A program made the position numbers and the translations under genes. The notes under the pieces were generated by a model. It saw only the letters and a list, made by a program, of their open reading frames with translations. It had not been told where the DNA came from and searched no databases. Below are positions 37,901 to 51,894 of a stretch of 64,000 nucleotides of DNA, one piece after another. Source of the DNA: Eledone cirrhosa. Taxonomy: Eukaryota. Position 1 is the stretch's first letter. Each line of letters begins with the position of its first letter. The stretch spans positions 285,324,001-285,388,000 of the forward strand of contig OZ024742.1 of assembly GCA_964016885.1 (NCBI GenBank), written 5' to 3'.

Positions 37901-38240
37901 GCTGTTTGTGGGAGTGTGTACTTGGCTGTTTGTGGGTGTGTGTACCTGGCTGTTTGGGGGGGGGTGTACCTGGCTAGTTGTGGGTGTGTGTACCTGGCTG
38001 TTTGTGGGGTGTGTACCTGGCTGTTTGTGGGGGTTCGTACCTGGCTGTTTGTTGGGGTGCGTACCTGGTTGTTTGTGGGGTGTGTACCTGGCTGTTTGTG
38101 GGGGTGTGTACCTGGCTGTTTGTGGGGGTGTGTACCTGGCTGTTTGTGGGGTGTGTACCTGGCTGTTTGTGGGGGTGCGTACCTGGCTGTTTGTTGGGGT
38201 GCGTACCTGGCTGTTTGTGGGGGTGTGTAAGTATCTGGTT
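31920..38240. repeat. 6.3-kb G/T-rich 22-bp minisatellite (gtgtacctggctgtttgtgggg / ..ctagttgtgggg)
   Basis: Direct inspection. Contains a ~1418-bp higher-order tandem duplication. Confidence 0.98.
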
Positions 38241-38439
38241 AGTTGTAGAGGTGTATATGTGCTTGGCTGTTTGTCGAGGTGTGTGCATCTGGTTGGTTGT
38301 GGGGTATGTGTGTATGCCTGCTTGGTTTTGGGGTTTGTGCGTAGGTCTGTTTATCTGAGTATGCATGCACTTGAGCGCATGACTATGTATGTTTATATAT
38401 ATATATATATATTTCTTGTTTTTGAATATACATACATAC

Positions 38440-38787
38440 ATGATGGCTGCTCCCTCGTTATCGAGTATGGCCATTGAACGTTATACCATTATTAATAATT
38501 ATTCATTAATTCTATCGTGCAATGCCTGTGTGTAAAGATTATTTTAAAGTGAGGAAAGACTGTGCACTGAGACAATCCCACTCTCTGAGCGACAGTAGCT
38601 ATAACCCGAAAAGAAGAAAAGATCAACATCATCGGTAACTACTGAGCCGCAGGTTTTATATCGGAGTTATCCCAGTTTCCTGAGTTCCCTTCTAGAAGAA
38701 TGCCCTGACAAAGAGTAGGGGTACTTCACTCCCAGTGGTTTAACTGCGCGATCGGGTGTCCAGCCCGACTATTTCTGTCCCAGCGCA
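38440..38787 (-). mobile_element. RTE-related non-autonomous retroposon, family A
   Basis: Reverse complement of 30172-30504. Confidence 0.72.
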
Positions 38788-38860
38788 AATACATACATAC
38801 ATACATACATACATACATACATACATACATACATACACACACACACATACATACATACAC

Positions 38861-38891
<31 letters not shown>

Positions 38892-38964
38892 CATACGTAC
38901 ATACACACATACATACATACATAGACACACACACATATACATACATATATACATACACATACAA

Positions 38965-38995
<31 letters not shown>

Positions 38996-39139
38996 TACAT
39001 ACATACGTACATACACACACACACACATACATACATACATACATACATACATACATACATACATACATACACACATACATACATACATACATACATACAT
39101 ACATACATACATACATACATACATACATACATACATACA

Positions 39140-39548
39140 CGGTGGCTGCCAACTCGTTTTCGAGTACGGCCACTACTTTAGATCCATGTAGGAGAACCCC
39201 TACCGATGCGCTGAACAAGTGTGACTTTTTAGTCCAGACAGCGACTTGAAAACTCTGGTACAAACACTACACTTGTGACAATTATTGACACATAGTGCTG
39301 GGCCCATGGTACCATGTGACGACAAGTGCAGAGAGATCTCCAGATATAAAGCAATGCCTGTGCCGTGAAGCTTTTATAGTGAGAAAAGGCACTGCACAAA
39401 GCCAGTCCCACTCTCTTAACGAAGATGATATTTACCAAAAAGAAGAACAAATCAACATCATTGGATACCATCAGGGTTGCAGGTGTTATATCAGAGTTTT
39501 CCTTCTAGAATTCTGCCTTGACAAAGGCTAAAGGGTCACCTCTCCCGA
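39140..39548 (-). mobile_element. RTE-related non-autonomous retroposon, family B
   Basis: Reverse complement of 30584-30994, with a long (TACA)n tail at 38789-39139. Confidence 0.72.
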
Positions 39549-39597
39549 ATATATATACATAAGTACATACATACATACATACATACATACATACATA

Positions 39598-42500
39598 ATG
39601 GCGACCGCTGTGGTCAGTGTCCGATAATCGGACGTGTGTAATTACGGCTTACATGAAGGCAACATACCATATATTGGAAAAAGTTGAGCTACATTACGCG
39701 GTAAGATTACATACAATAATTCTACATAAGTGTTTGAACTGTAAATATGTTGTTAAACATCTATTTATATGAACGTACATACACTTATGATATATGAACG
39801 ATACATACACTTTAACATATAAATGCAACGTTGTTATATTACATTTATAAAGAAATATACAAGTAACGTTTTCGATTCAGAAACAAAAACATAAGTGTTT
39901 GAACTGTGAATATGTTGTGAATAAGTTGTAGAACACCTATTTATATGAATGATACATAAACTTTAACATATAAATACAGCGTTGTTATATTATATTACAT
40001 TCATAAAGAAATATACTATGTAACGGTTCTTTTTGTTCTCGATTCACACGTTTCAAGAACAACGTTTAAAACACAGTTGTAGAATTAAAAACTAACTGAA
40101 AAGAAATATTACCCAAGCTGTGAATAACTTTAAATTTGATTCTGACAGAACTTTGTCGAAACTTTTAAAGAAGATCATCGACTATTTTGAAAAATAAATA
40201 CGAAATATTAGTGAATAGACGAACTCATCATGGCAAAAAGTACAAGTCTCCTTCGACCAAATCGCAACTACAACCGTTGTATACAGTGGAGCTACGAGCT
40301 TAACAAAGAATTATATGAAGCATACAAACAATCTGAACCCCAAAAGTTCGGTTTTATGCAAAGGCTAAACACTTTATGGAACTCCAAACACCCAGAATTA
40401 GACTTTTCTCCAAAGCATTTAAATGAACAGGCAAAACGTATCATTAGATGTAAATTGATACATCTAACGGAATTGAGTGATACTACAAATACAGCCCTTG
40501 TAGACAACCACGCCACCTCCACTGACAGACAAAGAGAATGGCCAGCTAAATCTAACAGTGAACAGCTCACCAACAATTTTGCTGAAATCCATCCCACTTC
40601 CACTGAAGAACAGCGAGAAAGGTCAGCTAACTCTAGTAGTAATTGTCACCACATCAACAACGAGGCTGAAATTCATGACTCTACTGAACAAACAGAACAC
40701 CAAAAACTTGTGGACACCTTACAAGTCATATGGAACGATATGTTTCAAGAGATACACAGCCTTAATGTGAGTGACAGACCATACAACACCAGAATCAGTA
40801 AAGAACCCACTAAATTGGAATTGGAAGCGGTAAACGAAATAGCTGGCAATTATCTGAAGGCTATACGATCTAAAGGTGTAGAAACGACATTTGAAACGCT
40901 TAATATTTTGTTATATGTTTCAGCTGTCACATTGCTATCATATAACACACATCTAAAACCACGCAATCAAGATACAAACAGAAAGCCTGAACCAGCGTGG
41001 ATGCGAAATTTAAAAACCAAAATTTTGTCCCTGAGACGAAGTATCTCACACATCGCATGAGAGCAACTTCACACGACACCAGGAAGACCTAAAAAAAAAG
41101 TTAGAGAGACGATTTGGAGATACAAAATTTAAAACTTTGAACTCCAAATTACACCAGTTGAAACAATAACTCACAGCTACAACAGAAAGACTAAAATATA
41201 AGTCAACAGCACATAAACGACAAGTGCTAAATAGATTGTTTGCCAGAGAACCAAAATCAGTTTATCGCAGCTTCGGTGGCAAAAGCTCAATCCCTGTAAA
41301 TGACACCCCTTCAAAAGAACAGGTTGAGAACTACTGGAGATCTGTATGGGAAACGGATGACAGATTCAACAGACAAACTAATTGGCTAAAAGAACTGGAA
41401 CAGGACTACGGCCAACATGCCCAGACAAAACAATATGACATAGATGGGTCAATACTGGAAACAGCTCTACAGAAAATGTCGAATAGGAAATCGCCAAGCC
41501 CAGACCTCATTACAGGATACTGGTTGAAGAATTTCACTTTCTATCGGCAAGATCTCATACGGCTGTTTACAGAAACCATTAAAGGCACACAAGAACTGCC
41601 CAGATGGTTATCAACTACTCTCCTCATTCCCCAAAATAGCCAAACCATCCTTGCTAAAAATTACCGCCCAATAGCCTGCCAAAACATCATGTATAAATTA
41701 TATACTGGGTGCCTTAACCTGTTCTTACAGGATCACTGTGCTACCAACAACATCATAACACCTGAGCAAGCTGGTGGAAAGAGGGAGGTGTGGGGTTGCA
41801 TAGATCACCTATTAACTAATAAAATGATTCAGGAAAAAACAACAAAGAATCGCAGAAACATGACTGTGGTGTGGCTGGACTATCAAAAAGCATTTGATAG
41901 TGTACCTAATGGGTGGATTATTAAGGCTTTACAGTTAGCCAAAATCCCACAACCATTGGTAGCTGCTGTTGAACGCCTGACCAAGAACTGGTACACGAAT
42001 TTGATCCTTAGAGGTGAGAAGGAGAAAGTTAAGATTGATAAGATACATTACCAGCAGGGCATCTTTCAGGGTGATAGCTTGTCAGTGCTACTCTTCGTTC
42101 TCTCACTGAATCCACTATCTTACCTACTCAGGAAACAAGGTGGACAAAGAAGTGGGTCCAGAAGTATCTCCCATCTTTTCTTTGTTGATGACCTGAAGTT
42201 GTATGGGCCAAATATCAATGACATCAAGAAACAATTGGACCTCATTACACAATTTTCAACCGACATCAAAATGAAATTTGGTGAGTCCAAGTGTGCATAT
42301 TTGGCAGTAAAACGTGGAAGAGCTGTGGCCTCCTCTAGAAATCTAGAGATGAACTACCTGACAATACAACCTCTACAGTCAGGTGACAACTACAGATATC
42401 TTGGACAGGATGAGAATGTCAGATATAATGGACCCATAAATAAGGAGAGAACCAGAACTGAGTACCTCAGAAGAGTAAAGAAAATATGGTCATCAGAACT

Positions 42501-43791
42501 GTCAGCGTACAACAAATACATTGCCCACAATACTTATGCTGTGCCAATTCTAACGTCAACATTTGGCCTACTGAACTGGTCATTGCAAGAACTAAGTGAG
42601 ATGGATGTTAGAACTCGCAAACTTCTCAGTGTTACTGGGAACTTTAACATCAATGGTGATGTGGATAGGCTATACTTCTCACGCAAGGAAGGTGGCCGGG
42701 GTATAAAATCAATATTAACAACATATGAGACCCGGATAGTAACACTGAAGCAACACCTTCAACAGAGGAAAAAGGTTGGCAACCATCTTGCCCAGGTTTA
42801 TGAGCATGAAAAAAAATATCATTAGAATAGCGACTGATCTGGAGGAGAGATATGGAATAAAGCCTGATATAAATCTCTCACCCAGAGAAATCGGAAGATC
42901 CTATTCAATGTTCAAACAAGATAAAAAATTTGACCAATTTACAGAAAAAGTAGTGCATGGATACTTGAGACGTAAAACACAGACCATAGAGGGGATAAAC
43001 CACTCAAAAAGCCTGGCATGGAGTTCCGACAAGTTTATGACATCACACCTTGAGGGATATCTCTATGCAATACAGGAACAAGAACTCCCTACCAAATATC
43101 TGCTGCACAAAAGAGGAGGGCCAGCAACTGACAATAAATGTAGGCTATGTAAAACAAAGATCGAGGATGTAAGCCACATTGTTGCCAGCTGCGAAAGAAT
43201 GTCATCTCGCTACTATCTCCCCATGAGACACGATGGGATAGCTAGAACCATCTAGAACGCACTTCGGAAAACAAAATTAACAACAAACGAGGAAGAATAT
43301 ATTGAGACAGATGGCACTAAGGAATACTGGTGGAACCTGAAAATAAAAACTGCCACCAAATTAAAGCACAACCGGCCTGATATTGTTGTTTGGGACCACA
43401 CATTGAAAACGTGTTCTGTTGTGGAGATCAGCTGCCCACTTGATGTAAACGTTGTCAGAAAAATACAGGAGAAGGAGGACATCTACGGACCATTGATGAG
43501 GAGTTTACAAATCCAGTATCCAAGATACACCTTTAGCTTCATACCCATCATTATTGGAGCTACGGGTTATATACCAACCCGCTTGGACCAAAGTATGACT
43601 GAACTTGGATTTGCGGACAAAAAGCGCAGCTCCCTAATTCATAGTCTACAAATGGCTGCGATAGCTGGCACCTTCAAAATTTGCAAAACATTCTTGCGAT
43701 TCAAGGGATGACAATTTCTTTTCTTTTACAACCTTGCCACCAGGAAGGTGGCCGGTCAAAAAAATATACTCGAAATTAAGAGAAAGAGATA
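39598..43791 (+). mobile_element. R4/Dong-clade non-LTR retrotransposon (RLE type), near full length, in (TACA)n
   Basis: Single-ORF layout of N-terminal domain, RT, CCHC and RLE. TACA repeats on both sides; the 5' UTR has a 165-bp tandem duplication. Confidence 0.9.
40230..43711 (+). pseudogene. R4-type RT/RLE polyprotein, disrupted
   Basis: Motifs YRPIAC, EQAG, WLDYQKAFDSVP, GIFQGDSLS, HLFFVDDLKLY, YRYLG, CRLC..EDVSHIVASC, RHD and NRPDIVV..VVEISCP. Breaks near 41060 and 41167, A-run frameshift ~42810, TAG at 43253. Confidence 0.93.
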
Positions 43792-43889
43792 ACATACATA
43801 TATACACACACATACATATATACCTAAAATTCTGCCTTGAGAAAGGCAGAATTCTAGGAGAAGCAGCTTCTCCCTCTGTCAGCCGCCCT

Positions 43890-44520
<631 letters not shown>

Positions 44521-44525
<5 letters not shown>

Positions 44526-46900
44526 AGATCAAAAGATGGTTAAAAGAGTTCCAAGTATTTTATTATGCGCATTTAAAAAAAAAATATCATCATGGAATGA
44601 TATCTGCGTTCTCATCAGATAAAATAGGGAGACATGATATGAAGCTTAAAAAACACTTGTGAGCAGTGAAGTTTTAAATCAACATATGAAAAATAAATTA
44701 AGATGGATGTATGAGATTGGGAAAAAGTGAAGGGGCTGGGGTGGAAAAGGTAAGGAAGAGGAAGAAATAAGAGTAAAGGATGGTGGGAGAGGAGTATAAG
44801 ATGGAAGGATGAGAGAGGAGGAGAAATGGGTGATAGAGAGAGAGAGATAGCCTTTACAACTGAGAAAAATATTGTCTCACAGAGAGAAATTAAAAAGCCG
44901 TTGGAAGATAATAGATAATTTAAAAGATTTTGAAATTAAAAGTTAATGAGGTTTATGCATGAAGAAAAAGGAATTAATAATAGTATTAAATTAAGGTTTG
45001 TATATTGAAGGGTTTAATATGTGCGAAGAAAAGAATTTATTAATATGTATTATTAAAATAAAAATATTAATGTTATTAAGGATATAATGTGAAAAGAAGG
45101 AGAAGAATAAATGAGTTATGAATTTAGAGGAATTAGTTAGGGTTTAAGTTTGTTTTTATGTATTGTAATATGTATACGTAAACAGTATACGTAAATAGTA
45201 TGTTTAGAATGAGCGCGGACGGAGAGAAGAAAAAAGAATGTTTAAGGAAGAAAATATCTAACGTCAAAAAGTTATATGTTTTACGAAATAGTTTCTAATG
45301 GTAATATTATAATATATTAAAAAGAAATTAGTTAGGGTTTAAGTTTGTTTTTATGTATTGTAATATGTAAAAGTAAAAGTGAGTAGTAGGTTTAAAACGA
45401 GCATGGAATGAGTGAAGAGAACAAACATTTTAAGGAAGAAAAAATCTAACGTCAAAAAGTTTATATGTTTACGAGAACTTCTAATGGTAATATTATAATG
45501 TATTAAAAAAATAGTTTTAATGGCCAATAATATGAGGAAAGATGGAAGAATGGATAATGCTGTAGTGAGTAATAATATGAATTGAGAAGTAATTGGTAAG
45601 AAAAAGTACAGATTAAAGATTAGAAATTAAAAAAGAAAAAAAGGAAGAAAGGAAAATGATAAAGAAGAATGACATAGAATGTGTAAATTGTATTATCTAA
45701 TATATAATACTGAAATAAGGTAGAAAGATGGGTATATTTGTAAAAGATATATAAGCCTTTGAGAAAAAGAGGATTTTAAACTAATAAGGTATTGAGATAT
45801 TAGCTGTATACTTTATGGAATGTTCTATGGGATTTATGCAAGCAGAGCGAAAATAAATTTAAATTAGATATAATGGTAAAATAAATTGAAATTAGATATA
45901 ATGGTAAATTTCTTGGCTAGGCAGAGATTACATGTTCTGGATAGGGAAGAATTCAGGTAAGGAAAGGCGGAACAAACCTTCTTCCAAGAGATGTTATAGT
46001 TAATATTTTTTGTCTTTTAAGGACCATATGAGTTCAGAGAGTGCCGTGTTAGTTCTTTTAAGTTGATATTTAAAGACGATTTGTGATTATAAAATCTAAC
46101 TTTGAAGGAAGTGGAAGTGGAACAGAAATAGGTAAAAAAATTAGTATCAGTTATAACTTTACATTCATAGACTAAGTTTTTATCAAGACAATGGTTATTA
46201 AGAGGACATTTAGTTTTAATAGGGCAATTACAATTGCGATTAGAGAAATTAACAGAGTTATTAACAGGTGACCTAGTATTATTTATAGAAGGAATTGGAT
46301 TGGAGAAGTTATTTACGATAGGAACAATAGTTTCCTGATTTAGATTGGTATTATGAACATTCAACGAAGTTACGTTTGACGTCGTATTTAAATTTACAGA
46401 ATCTAGCCTATAGTTAACAATGACGTCGAGTATACTACTGCTATTATTATGACGCTCAGTGTTGGAAGGATGTAATTTATTATTTAATATTTTATTGTTG
46501 TGTTTAGAGATAATGTTAGAAATGTTGGAAGTAGTGGAAAAAGAAAATTTAATTGTATGTTTGTTAAAGATTTTACTATAGATATTTTACTATCACCCAT
46601 TTCTCCTCCTCTCACATCCTTCCTTCTTATACTCCTCCCCCACCATCCTTTACTCTTATTTCTTCCTCTTCCTTACCTTTTCCAACCCCCTCACTTTTTC
46701 CCAATCTCATACATCCATCTTAATTTATTTTTCATATGTTGATTTAAAACTTCACTGCTCACAAGTGATTTTTAAGCTTCATATCATGTCTCCCTATTTT
46801 ATCTGATGAGAACGCAGATATCATCCCATGATGATATTTGTTTTTGAAATGTGCATAATAAAATACTTGGAACTCTTTTAACCATCTTTTGATCTTATAT
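44521..46900 (-). mobile_element. 5'-truncated PLE (CxC..CP-linker GIY-YIG type) with ~315-bp inverted pLTR
   Basis: 44521-44836 is the reverse complement of 46589-46900. ORF 46017-46364 reads CNCPIKTKCPL..CL..NLVYECKV..TYFCST..FKVRFYNHKSSL. Confidence 0.85.
46795..46865 (+). ncRNA. Type I hammerhead with long stem II
   Basis: tattttat CTGATGA gaac gcagatatcat...atgatatttgt tttt GAAA tgtgca TA ataaaata, with an 8-bp stem I. Copies at 44556-44626 (minus, GAAA mutated) and 60405-60475. Confidence 0.72.
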
Positions 46901-46985
46901 TATTTATACTCCAGTCCTACAAACTGTAGAGTGCTACTTATCCGATATTTGCATTGCTTTATTGTGCTACAATAAAACTCACCTC

Positions 46986-47055
<70 letters not shown>

Positions 47056-47176
47056 GTGTGTGTGTTGTGTGTAAATATATATAGATATATATATACATAT
47101 ATATTTGTCTGTGTTGTATATATATATAAATATATATATTTGTCTGTATTCTCTCTCTCTCTCTTTCTCTCTCTCG

Positions 47177-48115
<939 letters not shown>

Positions 48116-48439
48116 AATTTGTCTGTGTGGGTATAGAACGGGTGTATATTTTGTGGAGAGAGAGATGGTTGGTTGTCTTGTTTAATTTGTCTGTCTGTCA
48201 TATTTATGTATAAGCGATGTATTATTTATTGGTAAACATATGTATAACACACATATATATATACACATACACCCGAACACTTACACACACACTCTCTCTC
48301 AACCTCGACACATACTCACACACCCTCACACACCCATACTCACCCACATACTCACTCTCTCATACACACATATATATGCTTTACTGATGATCCTGTGATA
48401 AACAGGCGAAGCTCCAGAGTAACAAGACTCACTGTTCAG

Positions 48440-48777
48440 CCAGGTCCCGTCTTTCACATCTAGAATAAGGAGCAGATATTGCAATAGCCTGGGGGTTCAA
48501 AGGCCCTCAACAATTCAACAAGCTGCCAAGAAATTTGAGAGATCTGCACGGTGTGGACGTGGGTGTTTTAAGAAACATCTTGACACTCTGCTATCCACTC
48601 TGCTATGCCCCGGATGAACCCACAGCACGGTGCAAAGGTAAACTAAGGCAGCAGCAACGAACTCATTCTGACACCAATGGCCAGCCAACACAGGCTGGAG
48701 ATAGAACGTATAGCAACAAGGGCAGTGTCACAGCATGTCTTCAGCCGGATGGCTGGAACAGGCAAAAGAGTAAAAGA

Positions 48778-48782
<5 letters not shown>
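48440..48782 (+). mobile_element. CR1-group (L2/Crack/Daphne-like) LINE 3' end with UTR
   Basis: Frameshifted GPQ.FNKLPRNLR..FKKHLD..L..PDEP..AAATNS, with tail aaaagagtaaaagag. Confidence 0.65.
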
Positions 48783-48816
<34 letters not shown>

Positions 48817-48900
48817 GGAAAAATTTGAACAGGAACAAAACAGAGAGGCAGTACAACGAATGTTTATTAATTTCACGCTCTGGAGAGTGGGGAATGATAA

Positions 48901-49210
48901 TAAATAAATGGAAACTATATTTATAAAACCATATTTATTCTATTATATATATATTTCAAGGGTACCAAAATTTTGGTACGCTATCATCAGATAAAATACG
49001 AAGTGTGTTTTATAAATTTTGACATAACTAACTTAACGGTTCAAGTTTTCCTTGGATAGTGAAGGAAAACCTGAACCGTTAAGGTATATACTCTTTGGTT
49101 ATGTCAAAATTTATAAAACACACTTCGTATTTTATCTGATGAGTGGTACCCTTGAAATATATATATAATGGAATAAATATGGTTTTATAAATATAGTTTC
49201 CATTTATTTA
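48901..49210. mobile_element. Foldback PLE pLTR remnant (~150-bp arms) with hammerhead motifs
   Basis: Minus 48936-48998 reads tattttat CTGATGA ..gtaccaaa..tttggtac.. GAAA tatatata TA atagaata. The plus copy at 49128-49176 has stem II deleted. Related to 27980-28270. Confidence 0.75.
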
Positions 49211-49342
49211 ATATCATTGTATATTATACTCTAGAAAACTTGTCGAGTGCTCTGAAGCAGTTATAAACATTTATATTTGTTGAATTACCAACAAATTGAA
49301 TATCCCTTCTGCTTATATATATATATATATATATCTATCTAT

Positions 49343-49501
49343 CTAAGGCGGGTAAAATTCCCGAGATCCATGGACGAGTTCTCTCCAGCGGTCTCTGTCC
49401 CTCATTATCGCTGCCATATCCTGCATCTCCAACAGACCAGTGTCTGTCCTTAGGGCATCAACATATGTTAACCTTGGTCTTCCTCCTCTAGTGTGTCCAT
49501 G
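49343..49501 (-). mobile_element. RTE-clade LINE 3' fragment
   Basis: HGHTRGGRPRLTYVDAL..DTGL...IMRDRDRWR. Confidence 0.8.
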
Positions 49502-49507
49502 TATATA

Positions 49508-50477
49508 TAAAAGTTTGTCCTCATCAGTGGCCTTCCAACCGTCGTAGGCATTTCGTCGCATTAAAGGCCATATACCTCAGGTTGGTGCGAGCAACGGCTA
49601 AAAAAAAGTCGTTGGGACACGTAAATAAAGGGGACGCTAGGGTAAACAAACAAAATGGTTTAAGCAGCAGAAAGTGATGAAGAAGAAAGAAACAAGTCCC
49701 AGATTTCTATGAATATAAATTCGGTGGAATCGTGAACGAGAGAATAAAGAGCATCAAACCTGGTTGAAATGTGAGCAAGGAAAGAATTTCGCACAGGTCT
49801 AACGGGAGGAAGAAGGGGTCTGGTCTGCGAATTCGGTAAACATAAGTTCTGTGAAGTCGCAGACGAGAGAGAGAGAGAAAAAAAATTCATACCGGCTTGG
49901 CCAAGTGCCCGCGAGAAAAGGATTACGGACAGGTCAAACGGGAAGAAAGGGGAGGAGGAGAGGTAGTGACAGAGAGTGAGTGAGTGAAAGGTGAGGAAGA
50001 GGCTAACAGAGAGAGAGAGACTGCTAGAAAGGGTAAAGACACAAAGAACGAAACAGACTGGTGGCAGCGGAGGAAAAAATATATGTGTAAATATGATAAT
50101 AATGGAGCTGCGGCGCTGCAAATGGGTTACATATGAAAAAGTTTGTCCTCATCAGTGGCCTTCCAACCGTCGTAGACATTTCGTCGCATTAAAGGCCATA
50201 TACCTCAGGTTGGTGCGAGCAACGGCTAAAAAAAAGTCCTTGGGACACGTAAATAAAGGGGACGCTAGGGTAAACCATTTTGCTTAAACCATTTTGTTTG
50301 TTTACCCTAGCGTCTCCTTTATTTACGTGTCCCAACGACTTTTTTTTAGCCGTTGCTCGCACCAACCTGAGGTATATGGCCTTTAATGCGACGAAATGCC
50401 TACGACGGTTGGAAGGCCACTGATGAGGACAAACTTTTTCATATGTAACCCATTTGCAGCGCCGCAGCTCCATTATT

Positions 50478-50483
<6 letters not shown>
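49508..50483 (-). mobile_element. Non-coding PLE-type/retrozyme-like element: 628-bp period direct repeat plus inverted 5' copy
   Basis: 49508-49667 is repeated at 50137-50275 and inverted at 50281-50483. TA repeats at both ends; no RT or EN motifs seen. Confidence 0.82.
50357..50427 (+). ncRNA. Candidate non-circularly permuted hammerhead ribozyme (two more copies on minus strand near 49520-49590 and 50148-50218)
   Basis: aggta-TA-tggcctt ... c-GAAA-tgcct ... aaggcca-CTGATGA-g. Stem I 7 bp, stem III 5 bp, extra helices ccaacc/ggttgg and tcgca/tgcga. Confidence 0.55.
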
Positions 50484-50521
<38 letters not shown>

Positions 50522-50673
50522 TGTGTATAGTGGTAGCTATGGTCTGAAAGAACCTGCAGAAGTAGAATCAGCCAGATCCATACAAGGACCATGACTCGAG
50601 CTACCTGCCGGCGAAACATTTGTAACACGAAATAAACCAAGTCCTGATGCATCACTGATTTTTCGTTTTCTTG

Positions 50674-50722
<49 letters not shown>

Positions 50723-51025
50723 TTACAATTAACCTGTTAATAATTCTATTGACAGATTAATTGCATAAGTTTATTTTAAAAACTACCCGGTCGAAAGCTT
50801 ATTCGATTTGTGCTATTTATGCAATTTTTTGCATGATTTACACATACTGAATTCATTTTCCAAAATCTGGGGGTTTTCCCCTGTGTGTTACACATGTGCT
50901 TTTACAAAACACTGTGTCATCCACAACACTGGCGCAGAACAAAATACCTGTTGATAACGTGATATTCCTCGTTCGATCATTATACCAAAAGCTTATTGTT
51001 TTAAGTAGACAGTATTATTGATTTT

Positions 51026-51179
51026 TGGCAGTTTCCAGCATAGTTACGTCCCTTTACGATCTGAGTTCAAATCCCGCCGAGATTGACTTTGCCTTTCATC
51101 CTTACGGGGTCGATAAAATAAAGTACCAGTAATGCACTGGGTAATTGCTGGCCTTGTGCCTAAAGTAGAAACAATTATT
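51026..51179 (+). mobile_element. tRNA-derived SINE, head deleted
   Basis: Same young subfamily. Confidence 0.85.
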
Positions 51180-51242
51180 GATTTAGGTGTCGCAGAAACC
51201 CTGTATTGGATTTTACCATCAATTCCAAGGGTCCAGGTTTGT

Positions 51243-51297
<55 letters not shown>

Positions 51298-51505
51298 GTC
51301 ATTTGTTTTGTCTGACCTGTTTAGCTTGACTTTTTTGGGGGGGCTTAGGTGGTTTATGGCTTCTTGACCGCCTTCTCAATTTGTACGGCCTTTATAACCT
51401 AGGTTTTTTGCTCTGGTCTTTTAGCCCATGGAGCGCTTGCCAGCATGACTCAGAATTTGCGTTACGTTTTGCTTTTTCTACCCGCCGAAATGCGATTCTC
51501 GCTGA

Positions 51506-51582
<77 letters not shown>

Positions 51583-51894
51583 GATATACAGTGGGTTGTG
51601 TAGTTTTATTTGTAGTGCGTATTTGTATGCGAAGAGTAAGCTATAGGGAGCTGATTGGGAGAAGCTAGAATATAATAAAATACAATAAACGTGATAAAAA
51701 TGTGTTTAAAAAACGGTATACGTTTTGTGTTATATAGAAATATAATCTGGTAGCTAGAAATTCTCTTTGTATTCGGATGGGTAAGTTAACAACTGTAAGT
51801 ATTAATGTGGTGAGGTAAATAAATATATAGAATGGAACCAAGCTGACATTGTCACTCCATCAGTCTCTCCCGCTCCTTTCATATCTCACTATTA

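Noticed and set aside
31325-38477. Many long Cys/Val/Gly- or Thr/Pro-rich ORFs
   Set aside because: Artefacts of a stop-poor 22-bp minisatellite whose unit is not a multiple of 3.
30172-39548. Large inverted duplication or giant TIR element around the minisatellite
   Set aside because: The order is A then B on the left but B then A when the right side is read on the minus strand, so these are independent insertions.
50850-50945. C2H2 zinc-finger linker-like text (THRGKP) on minus strand
   Set aside because: Cys/His spacing is wrong, stops are adjacent, and it occurs only once.
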